Positions 14,358-28,202 of a DNA stretch of 64,000 bases are shown piece after piece (position 1 is the first letter of the stretch; every line of letters begins with the position of its first letter). The notes below the pieces were generated by a model, which ran no database searches, was not told the origin of the DNA, and saw only the letters and a program-made list of their open reading frames with translations. Where the stretch lies: the NCBI RefSeq assembly GCF_009914755.1, contig NC_060927.1, one strand, 5' to 3'. Source of the DNA: the human T2T-CHM13v2.0 reference genome, Homo sapiens. Both the position numbers and the translations under genes were made by a program.

Positions 14358-14359
<2 letters not shown>

Positions 14360-14390
<31 letters not shown>

Positions 14391-14396
14391 TATATA
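14360..14396. repeat. (TA)n microsatellite
   Basis: Directly visible. Confidence 0.95.
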
Positions 14397-15023
14397 TGCT
14401 GTGTAAACTCCACCTGTTTGCTAATCATAACATTCATTTTTCTCAATGTGATGGATTTTGTCACCACCTCCCCCCGCCCCCCCGCCTTTATGGCATTGCT
14501 ATGTGAATCATTGCAAAAACTCTGCACTAACATTTTTCATTCTGTTTATAAGGTTCAAATAGATAGAACAATTTTCTCTAGGCTTTAGCTCTGGTGTTTA
14601 TAATTCTGGTCAGGCTCCTAATCTTTTTGAGGGATAGTTTCCTTATCCATAAAATGGACCTAAGAAAAGCAATCCTATGGGGACAATATAAAACTTGTTT
14701 AGCTGCAATCTTAACTCAGACTTGCTTCCTGAAATTCCTCAATCTAATATTAAATAGGGGTTTTTTGTTTAAATGTGGTAGCAAGATTATAGTTACAAAA
14801 AGAATAGAACAATGCATTAAAAAATAGAAGTATCTTAAATAATATGTTTAAATTTTTTAAAAATATGCTGAAATTATAAAGAAATTCTTAGAAAATCATG
14901 AGGAACTCTGGAAAATAGGTACCATGAATACAAGAACTTTTGCTCTTGTCTATACTTGTCCTTGCACTGATGTTCCTACTCTGAGTCTAGCACTATGTGC
15001 AGACTTCCCTTCTTATGGTATGT

Positions 15024-15536
15024 TGTGGTGAGCAGAATAATAGCCCTCAAAGTTGTCCACGTCTTAATCTCTGGAACATGTGAATATGTTAGGGTACATG
15101 CCACAGGGAAATTAATGATGCACATGGAACTAAGGTTGTTAATCAGCTAACCTAAGATAATGAAATTATCCTGGAGTATAAGGATGGGCCCAACGCTATT
15201 ACAAGTGTGATAGCAAATGGAAGAAGAGGACAGAGGAGGTCTTTGAAGTGATGTGATGTGAGAAAAACTTAACGTGTCTTTGCTGGCTTTGAAGATGGAG
15301 GAAGGGGCCACAAGCCAAAGAATGAGGAGTAGCTTTGAGAAGCTGGAAAAGACAAAGAAGTGGATTCTCTGGAGAGACTCCAGAAAGGAATGCTGCCCTG
15401 CCAACACCTTGATTTTAGTGCATTGATATGCATAACTGATTTCTGATTTATAGAACAGTAAGATAAATATATTTCTGTTCTTCTAAACAACCAAGCTTGT
15501 GGTACTTTGTTGTAGTAACAACAGAAAACGAATACA
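15024..15536 (+). mobile_element. MLT1 (MLT1D-like) MaLR LTR
   Basis: tgtggtgagcagaataatagccctcaaag...gaagatggaggaaggggccacaagccaaagaatg...ccctgccaacaccttgatttt...aacagaaaacgaataca. Confidence 0.85.
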
Positions 15537-15820
15537 CACAATATCATGTTAAAATGATCTGTTTATATGTTTTTCTCCTTTCTAGGCAATGAATTCCTCA
15601 AGGGTAACAATGCTATCTTTGAAAAATCATTTTAGTCCATTTCCATATGAAAAGAATACGAAATGTCCTGTCAAACACCAGAGGTGGTATTTACTCAGTG
15701 TGTATGCACCATATGCCTGGCACTGCCCTGGGTATTTTGCTTTGAAAATTTTATTTCCTGTCTGTTTAACCCTACTAAATCTTAACTTTCTTATCTGTAA
15801 TGTGAGTCTATGGACTAGAT

Positions 15821-16040
15821 CAGGTTTGGCAAACTTTTCTGTAAATCTGGTAACTAAATATTTTAGGTTTTATAGGCCATATGGTATTTGTCACAACTAT
15901 TCATTTCTGCCACTGGAATGCAAAAGCAGCCATAGACAATAAGTAAATGAATGACCTTGGCTATGTTCCAAAAGAACTTTATCTACAAAAACAGGAGGTG
16001 GTCTGGATTTGGCCATTTGGCTGTTGCTTGTTGACCTGTA
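15821..16040 (+). mobile_element. MER58A-like hAT element
   Basis: caggtttggcaaacttttctgtaaa...aaagcagccatagacaataagtaaatgaatg...ggatttggcc. Confidence 0.85.
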
Positions 16041-17810
16041 GACTAGCGGACCTCTTTATTCTGTTCTAATTCCTGTCTAATATGATTATTCTGTCAGTTT
16101 ATAACATTGTGCCGTGTCAGTTAAGCCAAGGAAGTGCCAGTAAGACCTGAAGAAGGAACTCAAGTGATTGGATGGGTCTGTTTATAAGAAGAAGCATAAT
16201 ATTGGAGACTCAAGTGCCAGGAAGGGGACTGTCACCATGTCCTTGGCAAATGGACCTGGGACAAATTCTCTTTAGGATGAGACATAAGGAGATCCTTGAA
16301 TGCCAAAGCTGAGCTCGCTGAACTTGAAACTCAGTGAACTGGAACTACTGCTGGAGGAATAAAAGGGAGCAATAAATCCTTTGCACTCCAGAATGAAAGA
16401 CCTTCTGAGGCAGCTGGCCAAATGAAGCAGGAGGAGGGAACAAGTTCCTCACTCAGCTAAATTATGTCTTTGGGCTGGCCGACCTGGTCTGCTAAAATAA
16501 CAAGGTGGCTGAACTTCTGCTCAGAACACGTCACCAAATTTTGCAATTTGGGACTGTCTTCTATCCCATGACTTCCTAATCTGAGGAAGTGAAGAAAGCA
16601 GAGTGAATGAAACCCAAGGATTGACTTTTTTATGGAGGGCCTCCTTAGAGACAAAAGTTGATTTTTCAAGAGAACCCTTTATATTGTGAACTCTGTATTC
16701 TAATTCAAAAACCGTTAAGTTCTTGGATGAAGAACATCCAATAGATTTTGGAGGTCTTGTAAACTTTGCTATTGATCTGGGACTTAACCTTTGCAGATGT
16801 GGGACTGTGTGTTTATACATCAAAGTGGGTAAAGAAGAGCCCATCCAGAGCTAGGCAGACGGAATTGGGATATGTTTGTTTGTCTGATTGCCCGGTTGTG
16901 GTGGTGGCGGTTGTTTTGACTTGGTTACATCATCGCATTTTTGAGGACAAAACTACCCTCTTTGATTGGTATGTTACAATAGCTTGTTTATGTCTTGCAA
17001 ATTGTTCGAGAACAGTTTGTCCATTAAAGAAAAAAGTGACCTAGTAATACTCCCCTACCCAGGGGAATGTCGGGTTAATCAGTTGCACAAGGGCTTGATA
17101 TGCCAAGTCAGTACTACCCCGAGGCTCCGTATGCAGTTCCTTTCCAAGATTTTTAAACATTCTGGGGAGAACACAATATTTGTTTATTTGGCTTCTAGGA
17201 CTTTGTTTTGTTATCGTTTTAGTTACGGTCTTATGCTTTTCTCTCACTCCCTGTCTTTCTTTTACCCCTAACTCTTTGGAACCCTGGTGTGCTAAGAGCC
17301 ATGTTAACAGTAAAGCATCTATTCAATAAACACTTAACTATATTTTATATTTGAGCTTCTAAATGTTTGTGAAGAATGTGTTTCTGGGCAAGTCACATAA
17401 AGAATAATCTCACAGTAAAAATAACTTATATTTATGTAGGACATTATAGTTTTTATGGTATTTCTAAATTCAGTAAAAGGCGAAAGATTTATACCATCTG
17501 AAGAAAAACCAGGGTGTTGTATTTTTAAATTTAAATACTTTGGTCTACACAACCCTGGGTAGTATAAAAGGTAAGTGCTGTTGCTCTCATTTACAAACAA
17601 AAATATTGAGAATCAAAAGTTTCATGATTTCCCTAGGTTCACACACATCTAGTAAATGGTTCCAAGTGGACAAAAACTTACACATTTTAATGTCGCAGAG
17701 CTATTTTTTTATATATGTAAGTTACCTAACTGCAGCAGTGATTGCCGAGATCATCCCTATGGTGATGTTCAATTGAGTCTCCCTATTTCAATCTTTCAAC
17801 CTCTCTTTTC

Positions 17811-17824
17811 TTCTCTCTCTCTCT

Positions 17825-17860
<36 letters not shown>

Positions 17861-17885
17861 CACACATAAACCACATACACACACA
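17811..17885. repeat. (CT)n-(CA)n microsatellite
   Basis: Directly visible. Confidence 0.95.
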
Positions 17886-18079
17886 TTTTGAAATTGGTAG
17901 TCACTCAGTTTCTCAATCTTCCTTTAAAGACTAATTTATTGGGCTAGAATTTATGGGTGTAGTTGTCAAAAATTCCTGCATATACCCACTCAGGAAATAT
18001 TTTCCCAAATCTTCTCCATCTCAACTCTGTGAGGCATTGGAAGAGGTGCTTTTAGGATAGACTGATGACTCATATATGA

Positions 18080-18330
18080 TGTCTGCCCTCAGGGAGCACA
18101 CAGTTTAGTGAGGTAAATGTCTCATGAATATTCCACAAGATCCACCTTGATAATGCTCTAAAGTTACTATAGAGGGCTGAAGGTGGGAAGATGCTTTCGT
18201 CTGGTGGCAAAGGATAGTAGTGTAGGGTGACATGGGCCTCCAAGAATAGCTTGGGCTCAGATAGTGGAGAGGAAACTCTTAACGGAGACAGAGGTGTGAG
18301 CAAAGTCTTGGTGTCCAGGAAGCCAGAGGA
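18080..18330 (-). mobile_element. L2 fragment
   Basis: tctgccctcagggagcacacagtttagtg is the typical reverse-complement L2 3'-region motif. Confidence 0.55.
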
Positions 18331-18647
18331 AGCATTCTGGCAGATTACCGGGTATGTGGCTTAGCAAAAGTCATTATTCTGAAATATAAAATGTCCAGTG
18401 CTGCTGTCTGCAGTATTAGTCTCAAAGGATACATACTCACCAGTACATTCCAGAGTTTGTTGACAAACTTTGACAACAAAGCTTATCAAGTTTCTCTCCA
18501 TTGCCTCATAAGAGGCCCATCCAGTTAGAGGATTCCTCCTTTTCAGAATGAGATCTTGTCAAATCTTGGGAGGCTCAGAACAGACGTTTACCAAGCTTCC
18601 AATAATACTCTCAAACCATAATTCTCTAAAACTTCAGCATAATTGCC

Positions 18648-18833
18648 ATAAAATCAATTGACCATATATTAGAGAGTTTATTTCTGGGCTCTGTATTCTA
18701 TTCCATTTGTCTCTATGTCTGTCCTTATGCTAGGACCACACTGTTTTGATCACTGTAGCTTTGTGATAAGCTGTGAAATCAGGAAGTGAGTGTCCTCCAA
18801 CTTGGTCCTTTTTTCAAGATTGCTTTGGCTATT
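18648..18833 (-). mobile_element. L1M ORF2 fragment
   Basis: aaatcaattgacc...tttatttctgggctctgtattctattcca...ctgttttgatcactgtagctttg...tgaaatcaggaagtg...cctccaact. Confidence 0.85.
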
Positions 18834-20669
18834 CAAAGAGAGCCATGATATTTTTAATCTAGCAACAGTTGTATCAAATACATTGGAAAAACCTGGGTCA
18901 GGAAGAATGTTGACTATCTGGGCTATTTGTTTAGTCTAGATATGAGGTAACTATGCATTAGGTATTTTGGTGGCAAAGGAGATGCAGAGCAGTAAATGAA
19001 TTAGAAAAATTTGGTGTAATTTAATATAGCTTGTTTGTATTCAGAGTGGGTGGTTAAGATAAAAAGGAAAAGGGTTTTCCACCTTTGTGATAGGGAGAAT
19101 TGTGATAAGGTAAATAGAAAAATAGAGCACACAAGAGGAGGTTAGCAGGTCTGTGGGTTATCCTATCTAAATTCAGATTTGAGCACTGAGCTAGAGGTTC
19201 ATTTGATGATGCTCATTCAGCAATCAGAAATTCAGAGGTGAAATCAATGAGTACCACAATTATTCTGGGTCTTATTTTACTTATAAATGGTGTATTTATT
19301 TAGAATTGCTTTTTTAATGTAATGCATTTATGGTTACCATGGCACAAGAGCCAGATACTGGGAAGCAGTTGGGGACAGCAGCAAAAATCAAGATCTGGAT
19401 AAAGGCAGCTTCATGAGGCTTCTGTGCCTTACCTCAGCTAAGAGTAAACAGAGTGCTAGATGGCTGTTGACATGTGTTTTATTTTGAAGTGACTATTATT
19501 ACTAGGATCTGAAATCCTTAGCCTTGATCTCTTGGAGCCTAATGTTCCTGTTCTCCAGCTGAGAGAGACTAATTCACCATCTTGTGTTGTAAACACTCAC
19601 TCATTTTAACTGATTACACCTCCAATGATTCTCAAATCACTAAAATTACTAATTGCTATTCCTTACACATCAAAGAGTGAATCCTGAATAATTAACCCCA
19701 AATAAAATTAGATGAATTGGCCCTTTTAATTAGAGTCCCTGCTGCTGTTTGTTCTGAGCTTCCTTTTCTTACTGTTAAGAGACTTTTAGAATGATTAAAA
19801 CTGTTTAAGACTTAAACAGCCAGTGACCTTTTAATACAATATAAATCCATGAAAGCAATATTTCAGCTAGCAGGTGGTGAAGTAAATTTTTAGAGCAAGT
19901 ACCTGTCAGCTCCAGTATTCCTTTGGAAAAAAAAAATACATGCCAAAAAACAACCACCTTGAAATGAAATGAGTGTCTCTATTTGATTATTTTTAAAGCA
20001 TTCATGCATTTGCTAAGCTTCAGACTTGATGAAATAAATGTCAGGGTTGAAGGAGAGTGAGTAATGGTTGGCATCATTTTATATAAATAGTAACAAGAAT
20101 TTCTCAGTGAGAAGAATTTGAAGTCATTTGTGCATAAAAGATGAATACTGGATAAATCACAGAAGGCCCCTGGCCTCATGTAGCCATCCTTGTCTTCGGG
20201 GATTCTCTTGAAGCAAGAGAATGAGCCCCAACATTGGGGAAAAGGAAGTTTTATGGGGTTTAATTGCTGCTGATCATCGAGGCAGGATTACCAGCCTAGC
20301 CATGCTGCATTCAGCCTGGATTTTGTTGGAGATATTTTACATGTTCCTGCTCGTCTATTCCAAGTCTCCTAAATAGTAAGAACCTCTTCTCTTCTTCATA
20401 GTCTTCTGAATTTGTAGGGGTGTAGCGGGTTTTCTCACCATTCCCAAGAAGTCTCAGTTTCTCACACTAAGTCTGCCATGTGCTGTGGTCAGTGTGTCCT
20501 TAGCTAGAAGTTAAGATATTTGGGGTCACAGTGGGCTGCCTGGTGTGGTTCTACACTCTTTGACTGTTTCTCTATTTTTTTTCCATGGTGGAAAATGTAT
20601 TCATCTATAAAAAAAGTTATTGGACTAGTTCAATGACTTACTTTTTCCTTAAAATTTAAAACATAAATT

Positions 20670-20980
20670 TTAACTTTTTATTCTGAAATAATTTGAGACC
20701 CTAGAGAACGGTTGAAAATAGTATAAAGGATTCTCATTTAGTCATCACCCAGTTTTCCCAAGTATTGACATCTTACATAACCACGGTAGAGTTACCAAAG
20801 CCAGGTAAACACTGACATAATACTTCCTTCTAATACATAAACCTTATTTAGATTTCATTGATTGTCCTAGTGATGTCTCTTTTCTGGTCTAGAATTATAT
20901 CCAGAATCACATATTGCATTTTATTGCCTTGTCACCTTAGTCATCTTTAATTTCAGAGAGAGAGTTGTTCAATCTTTGTT
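20670..20980 (-). mobile_element. L1MC-like 3'-UTR fragment
   Basis: ttttattctgaaataatttgagac...cacccagttttccc...acatcttacataacc...ccagaatcacatattgcattt. Confidence 0.65.
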
Positions 20981-20991
20981 TTTCCAGAAGG

Positions 20992-21168
20992 TCAATGATT
21001 CTTAACCAGCGCTATACGCCAGAATCATTGAAGGAGCTTTGCAAGGTCCTTGTCTGGGTCCCGACCCCAAAGATTCTGAATTAAGGATTCTAAAGTCAAG
21101 TCTGGGTGTATGTAGTGTGAGCAAGTGCCCCAGGAGATTCCGATACACACCACTGGTTAAAAGTCAGA
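20992..21168. mobile_element. MER5-family element
   Basis: caatgattcttaacc...cagaatca...ccccaaagattctgaatt...ccccaggagattc...ggttaaaagtcag. Confidence 0.6.
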
Positions 21169-21910
21169 TGAGTTTCAATACCTCAAGCTAAGTATTTTCA
21201 AATTCTGTCTATGACATGTATCCTTCCCCTTCCCTCATTTCTCTGCTCTTTCTTCATCTCCATCTCTCTTTTATGGGATTAAAAAGCAAATTTAAATGTC
21301 TCTTTATACTCTTAAGGGATATACATATACTGGGTAAGGCTTATCAACAGATCTTTTATTGGAGAAGATCAATACAGTACAGATGGTTGCAATATTTCTG
21401 AAGGCTAGGGTGCCCCCATAACCAGGTGGTGACTTGAGGATGAAGACTCTGTTCCTATACTTTGAAGACATACCCTCAGTAAGATAATGTGAAAACAAAC
21501 AAACAAAAAACCTAGCTAGATGGCTACATTAAGACAGGTTATTAACTGTCTAGCTGTTGGTATCATGAAGGACCTATGACCCACCGTAGTACATTGTTGA
21601 CCTTATGTCAATATTTGAAAAGTGGCAAAGTTGACCATGGGAAAAGTTCATGTGTTCATTGTCTCAAGAGTTCTATTCAATTTAATATATGTAGTTTTGT
21701 ACCAATAATAATTTATAGCAATAATATCATTACTGTTTACTGAGTATCTCATATGTGTTCTATATGCTTTATGTAGAGATTATAAAACAGAGAGTCTGCC
21801 CTCAAGGAGCTGTTAATCAGGTAGGGGAAACCAATAGTTATCCAATTAAGCTAACAAAGAGCAGAATATTGGCTGTAATAGAGCTTCAGCAGGAAGGAAG
21901 CCTGCATTAT

Positions 21911-21962
21911 CATTGACATGTCATTGACAATGCATTGACATGCATTGACATGCATTGACATG
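21911..21962. repeat. 5 x ~10-bp tandem repeat (CATTGACATG)
   Basis: cattgacatg t cattgacaatg cattgacatg cattgacatg cattgacatg. Confidence 0.95.
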
Positions 21963-23160
21963 AGAATGGTTCCCTCTATAGCCAAAGACAGCAGTGGTGA
22001 AATAAATTAAATGCCCTATTTAAAGTGTTTTTATTATGAAACCACGCTCCCTCAGGCACCATCATTGTCTTTGGAGGGGTTGTAAGCTTCTGGCCTTAAT
22101 GACCACCACAGGGTAATGTCCCAATCCTAAGGGGAAAGGATGTTTTTGGACTATTCTGTCAGCACTCTGATATTTGTTTGCAAGCTTCTTTGTTTTTACT
22201 GGTAAATTAAGACTTTTTGTTGTTGTTTTCCTGGGATGTTGCCTCATTTTCTGTCCATCACATGAATTTTTAGATTTTTGTTTCATTTTTAAACCGAGGT
22301 AATTTTACTTTTTCGCATTGGAGCTAAAGATATCTCACTAGCTGATAGAAGACTGATGCATTAAGCTCAACTCATTGTCCTATTTATTTTGAATGCTCAT
22401 CTTTGGAAGTCAAAAATATATGGTGTGGTTTGTTGTCTGGATAGCAATTACTATGTTTTTGTAAAACAAATGATACTTGGTGGATTCAAAAGTGCTATTT
22501 GGTTCTAGTCGATGTGCAGAGCTAGACTATTGTCTTAATTTCATACGATTTGAAATCCATTTAATGTTTTCTACTGAGAAATTGAATTTGTTATCCAACC
22601 ACTGCATGACAGAGAATTATAGTATGCTTGTATCTCATGTAATACACTGAGGTGTCTCACATTTGTACAGGGTACTTATTTGTGATTATAAAAGAGGACT
22701 TTTAAAGTCTCAGATATATTCTGTATTAGCTAAATATGGAGTGAAACTGTCCAATTTAAAATCAGGGAGACGTCATCTACTTTAAAGATAATTCTTCTTG
22801 CTTTTTAATTTGAGAATCTCAAAGAGCATTTCAAGCTAAGTTATTTAGAAAGATGACAGGGACATTAAATTTTGGCTTGAGTACATATACTGATGCATTA
22901 AAATTAAACGCTGGGTTTGAGTAGATTCTGCGATTCATTTTAAAGTATCTTATTTTTGGTTTTTTAAAAAAATGCATGCCTATAATTCACTTATTGTATA
23001 ATAATTAAGCCAAAAGGATAAAAAATTGAAAACAATGCTTAGCATCTCATGAGCTGTAGACAACCCCTGTTAACATACCGGCCTATATAAAATTGGGACC
23101 ATATTATAAGCACTATTCAATAACCTCCCTTGTTTCTTACCTGATAAGATATGAAAAGCA

Positions 23161-23830
<670 letters not shown>

Positions 23831-26283
23831 AAGATGTAGATCAACATCATTATTTTGGTGACCACACAATTTCCCACTGTATGATTGCAATTTATTTTTC
23901 AACCAGTACCCTGTTAATGAACATTCTGAGTTTTTGCATTACATTGCTTTGTGATGAAGTTTCCTTAACATGCTCCTCTGCATGTTAAGTTACTTCTTTG
24001 GTAGGATAATTTATTAAAAGTGATATTGCTGAATTAAAGTTTATAAATATCTTTAAGGCTTTTGATTCCTCTTGCCAAATTTTCTTGAGAAAAGTTTAGT
24101 AGCAGTAGCATATGAGAATGCTGGTTTCCCTATACTATTATCAATTCTGTGTTTTATCAATATTTTTAATCTTAGTCCTTCCTTTTAATTAATTTGTTAG
24201 CAACTTGAGTATTATCAAAATTAATAGTAATGTTTTCTAGTTAAATAGCAGAAAATACAAATGGAAGAAAAATAGAAAGGTTAATTTTTCTAATGTATAA
24301 AAGGAACCTGAAGTTTAAGGATATCTAGCATGATAACTAAAAAATTAATGTTCCTCGGTCAAGGTCACATATCTTATTTACAGAGGAAGATGTGTCACTG
24401 AAGGGAGATATATTGTGCTATTTTGATGACAATGAGGACAGAGAACATGGAATGGCCAAGCCTTGCCCTGATAATTATCCCTCTCCCAGAGAGTTCTCAA
24501 AGGAGTTTCACGCTGTAGAAACGGGAGCAAAATGAGAATCCAGGTGCCGCTTTATTAATAGCTTCATAAGTGCTTGCTCTCCCTCTGGGACAGAGGTCTG
24601 TGATCCCACTGACATAGTGCAGAGGCTTTGGCTCTAGGAATAAGTAGAATTTGTATCCGGTATCTTCCTCACACCACTGTATCTTGGAAGTCAACATACT
24701 CAGTGAGCTGCAGCTCCTGAAGACCTGGCTTGACATTCTGATCCTTTGCTTTAGAGTCAAGAAGTACAACATTCCAGCTGGTCTGTCCTGGGAGCCAGAT
24801 GCTCAGAGGTCTGAAGCAGGAAGTTTAAGAAGGAGATTTCCTGGGTATTGCTTTCTAAAACTGAGACTTTAACAGTAGTAGCTGGATCAGTCAAATTAAT
24901 AACCCCTTCCTTGTCAGAGAGAAGGGCAGAGTGGGACAGGAAAAGAGCTTGAAAAGGTTTCGTCTCTAATAGAAATAGCATGTTGAGCAAGTCAGTGCAA
25001 TTGCTTTCATATTGTTAGTTCCAACCAGTGCACTGTAAATAGGTTGAGAAGGCCGAGAAGTGATGCATTAAATGGGATGTATCCTCAATTTTTCTCTTGG
25101 CCTTTGCTGTAATGCATTTCCTGGTGGTTTTTAAAACCTTACTCAGCTGAACAATTGGAGATGACACATTTTCAGGTACTGAAAATTTCTGTTTTGTGCA
25201 TATGTGTTATTTAAAAATTATAAATGGGTAAAATAATGACAGGTTAAGAATTTGTATAATGGAGAGTATTTCCCTTCTACTTTCATTCCTCAGTTGCAAA
25301 ATTTAGCTTCATAGAGGCAACTTGCTGTTATCAATAGTTTGGGACTCCATTTAAAAGATAGTCCGTGATAATACATACATATATGTGTATACATTATTAA
25401 ATAAATGATAACGTTATACATGCTGTCCTAGGCCTTGAATGCTGCATTTAAAAATATTTCACCCAAGGTGCTTTCTGGTACAGTTTTCTTGGTGGCACAC
25501 ATATTTTGATGCAGATTGAGGATGGAGTTGAAGTTGAAATTGGAAGTGAAGTCTTCCTTTATTTAGTTTCATAATAAATTGCCTGTAGTCTGTGGAGTGT
25601 ACATTATAGCTGTGGCATAATTCATTGCCTTATGGAGATCATCATTGCTGTTACCTTTGTTTTATCCTCTCACTTTTTCTCTTTAAGGGACCTTGTTCAG
25701 GGAGCTTGGTCTCCTCCTCTGAGTGATCAAGTTTAGATTCAGTTGCCCTCTTGTGCATAAGGAAAAAGAAAGCATTGTCATGTATAATGTAGACATTGTA
25801 CTAATCACTTGCACGTAATTTAGCTCAGTTATGTTCAAAATGTAAATTGAGACCTATTTCTGGGCCACAGTCAATTTAGTGGGTCAGAACCAATTTTTTT
25901 TCAAATAACAGAGCATTTCAATGTGTGTTTTATTTATATAGTAGGTATGGTTTCATGAAACCCTTTTTTTCTAGTATACATGTACGTGTACATATCTAGA
26001 TAGCAATATTACCACATTATATAAAATATATTTTTTTAATCTAGGTTGTGGTCAAAAAGTTTCAGACTTACTGTGTTAGCTGCTTTGATCCACAGATTGA
26101 CACTGTGAAGTAGCTGTGGTTTTCCTCATTTCATAGGTGAGGAAAACTGGGTCTGGGACTATAGAATTGCCTTGCCTGAAATAAAGGGTAGAGCTGGGGT
26201 TTGTGTTTTAAGTTTTTGGACTTAAAATTTCGTACTATTTTCCTTTCAAACATATATTTTTTTCTGTATTAGTTACTATATAG

Positions 26284-26590
26284 TTTTTTGTTTTTTTGTT
26301 TTCTTCTTGTTTTGAGATGGAGTCTTGCTCTGTCGCCTAGGCTGGAGTACAGTGGCTCCATCTCGGCTCACTGCAACCTCCGCCTCCCGGTTCAAGCAAT
26401 TCTCTGCCTCAGCATCCTGAGTAGCTGGGATTACAGGCTCCTGCTACCACGCCTGGCTAATTTTTGTAATTTTAGCAGAGACTGGGTTTCACTCTGTTGC
26501 CCAGGCTGGTCTTGAACTCCTGACCTCCTGATCAGCTTGCCTCGACCTCCCAAAGTGCTGGGGTTACAGGTGTGAGCCATGCACCCAGCC
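26284..26590 (-). mobile_element. Alu (AluS)
   Basis: Antisense dimer; flanks tagttactat on both sides. Confidence 0.95.
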
Positions 26591-26869
26591 ACTAGTTACT
26601 ATTAATGGAAATGAATAACCGTCTTTACTTGAAACTTATGCTTTGCTAACCATGATTAAAAAAGTGTTCACCTTGTGTGTGTGCGTGTGTGTGTAGGTAT
26701 TCCAATCCAGTCTCTTTTGACTTCATAATTTAGAAAGTTAACTTGTGGAGTATCTACATGCTTTTATGCTTACCTTAATAGTTAGATTTTCCTCCAACAA
26801 CCAAAAATTCTCCCCTCAACAAAGTGGGAGAAGCAATAGCTGCCAGCTAGCAGAAGCTAGAGACATGTC

Positions 26870-27015
26870 ACTGCCAGTGCAGCCCATGGGTCTATGTCAG
26901 CAACACCTGAGAGCATGTTGGAAATGCAGAATCTCTGGCTCCAGTGTGGACCTGAATCAGAGTCTGCGTTTGATCTAGGTTCCCCGATGATTGGAACATT
27001 GACATCTGAGATGTA
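26870..27015. mobile_element. MER5-family element
   Basis: tcagcaacacctgagagcatgttggaaatgcagaatctctggctcc...ctgaatcagagtctgcgttt. Confidence 0.7.
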
Positions 27016-28202
27016 CGAGTCAAAGACACCAGGTCATTTATTAAAACATCAGTTAAGGAATTGAATGGGTTTTTATTTTTCAGTCATGCGACCTACAGTT
27101 ACTGAGGATGTTCTGGCCCAAACCTGTGACTAGAGATGGGCATATAAAGATAAATCATGAGTGGACTCTACTTGTAAGAAGCTGCAGTTCTAACCAGGAG
27201 GGAGTGATCATAACACACAAATACAATCAAGTATTACAGATGCTCTGATAGAACTGTATATGAGACGCAAAAAGGGCTGCTATCTAAATCCTTGGATGTG
27301 TGTGTAGGTTTTATATGGATATTTAGATGAAGAAGAGCATGATGCTTTCTTTGTTTTCTTTTTGTACCACAGTAAATGAATCCAAACTTTGTTGATAGTC
27401 AGAGTTGAATTGTTCCCATGTGTTTTTCTACCACAATTACCCATAACTAGTAATTTACTTACTTTGCAGGTAAATTCTTGTTATCTTCACCCTCTGATGG
27501 GGGCCTTTGTTTCATAAAGGGCTAAGCAAGCTCTGCGTTAGGTAGATGCCTTTCGTATCTGACTGACGCAAGTGTTAGGGTAACCACAGTGGGGAATAGC
27601 TCAGCTGGTCCCAGCTAACCATCCCTGCTTCTCAAGGCCGCATCCTTTTTACCCCTAGATTAAAAGGGAGAGCTTGAGAAAATATGCATAGCTAGGTCCT
27701 CCGGAGTCTTTCCTCACTCCCTTTTTGAGTTAACAATATGCCTAACAGGCTGTTTTCTGAAGTAAATTGGCAGTAAGTAGTGTTTGGGAATCAGAGATGG
27801 AATACTTGATTTGTCCAACTCCTCATTTAACTGTTTCTTGCTGCTACCTCTTGCACCCAGCAAAAACCTTTTGAATATTAGCTGAATGATTTGGGTTCAC
27901 ATGGAGCAAATCAAGCAAGATATGTCTCAGCATCTCTCCAAGAGTGAGAATCCATTTCCTGCTCTGTATTTCACCAGCTATGTAACTTTGAATAAACCAT
28001 TTTACATGAAAATTGAGGCATAAATATATTTTGTATGTAGGTAGGATTTGGAGGATGAGTGGAGGAGTATGGAGGGACCAGGTCTGAAGGCACGTGTCTA
28101 TGACCACTCTACTGCTTCTAAAACTGGACATTTCCATTTTAGATTTGATACATCGCTGCCAATTGCCGGATGGCATTTTGTTTTGTTTTGTTTAAAAGCT
28201 TG

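Noticed and set aside
18084-18112. Resemblance to miR-28-5p, which is hosted in an LPP intron: agggagcacacagtttagtgag, and tgccctcaaggagct at 21797-21811
   Set aside because: Four mismatches to the mature sequence as I recall it, including the seed, and no adjacent inverted arm to form a hairpin. miR-28 is L2-derived, so these are ordinary L2 remnants.
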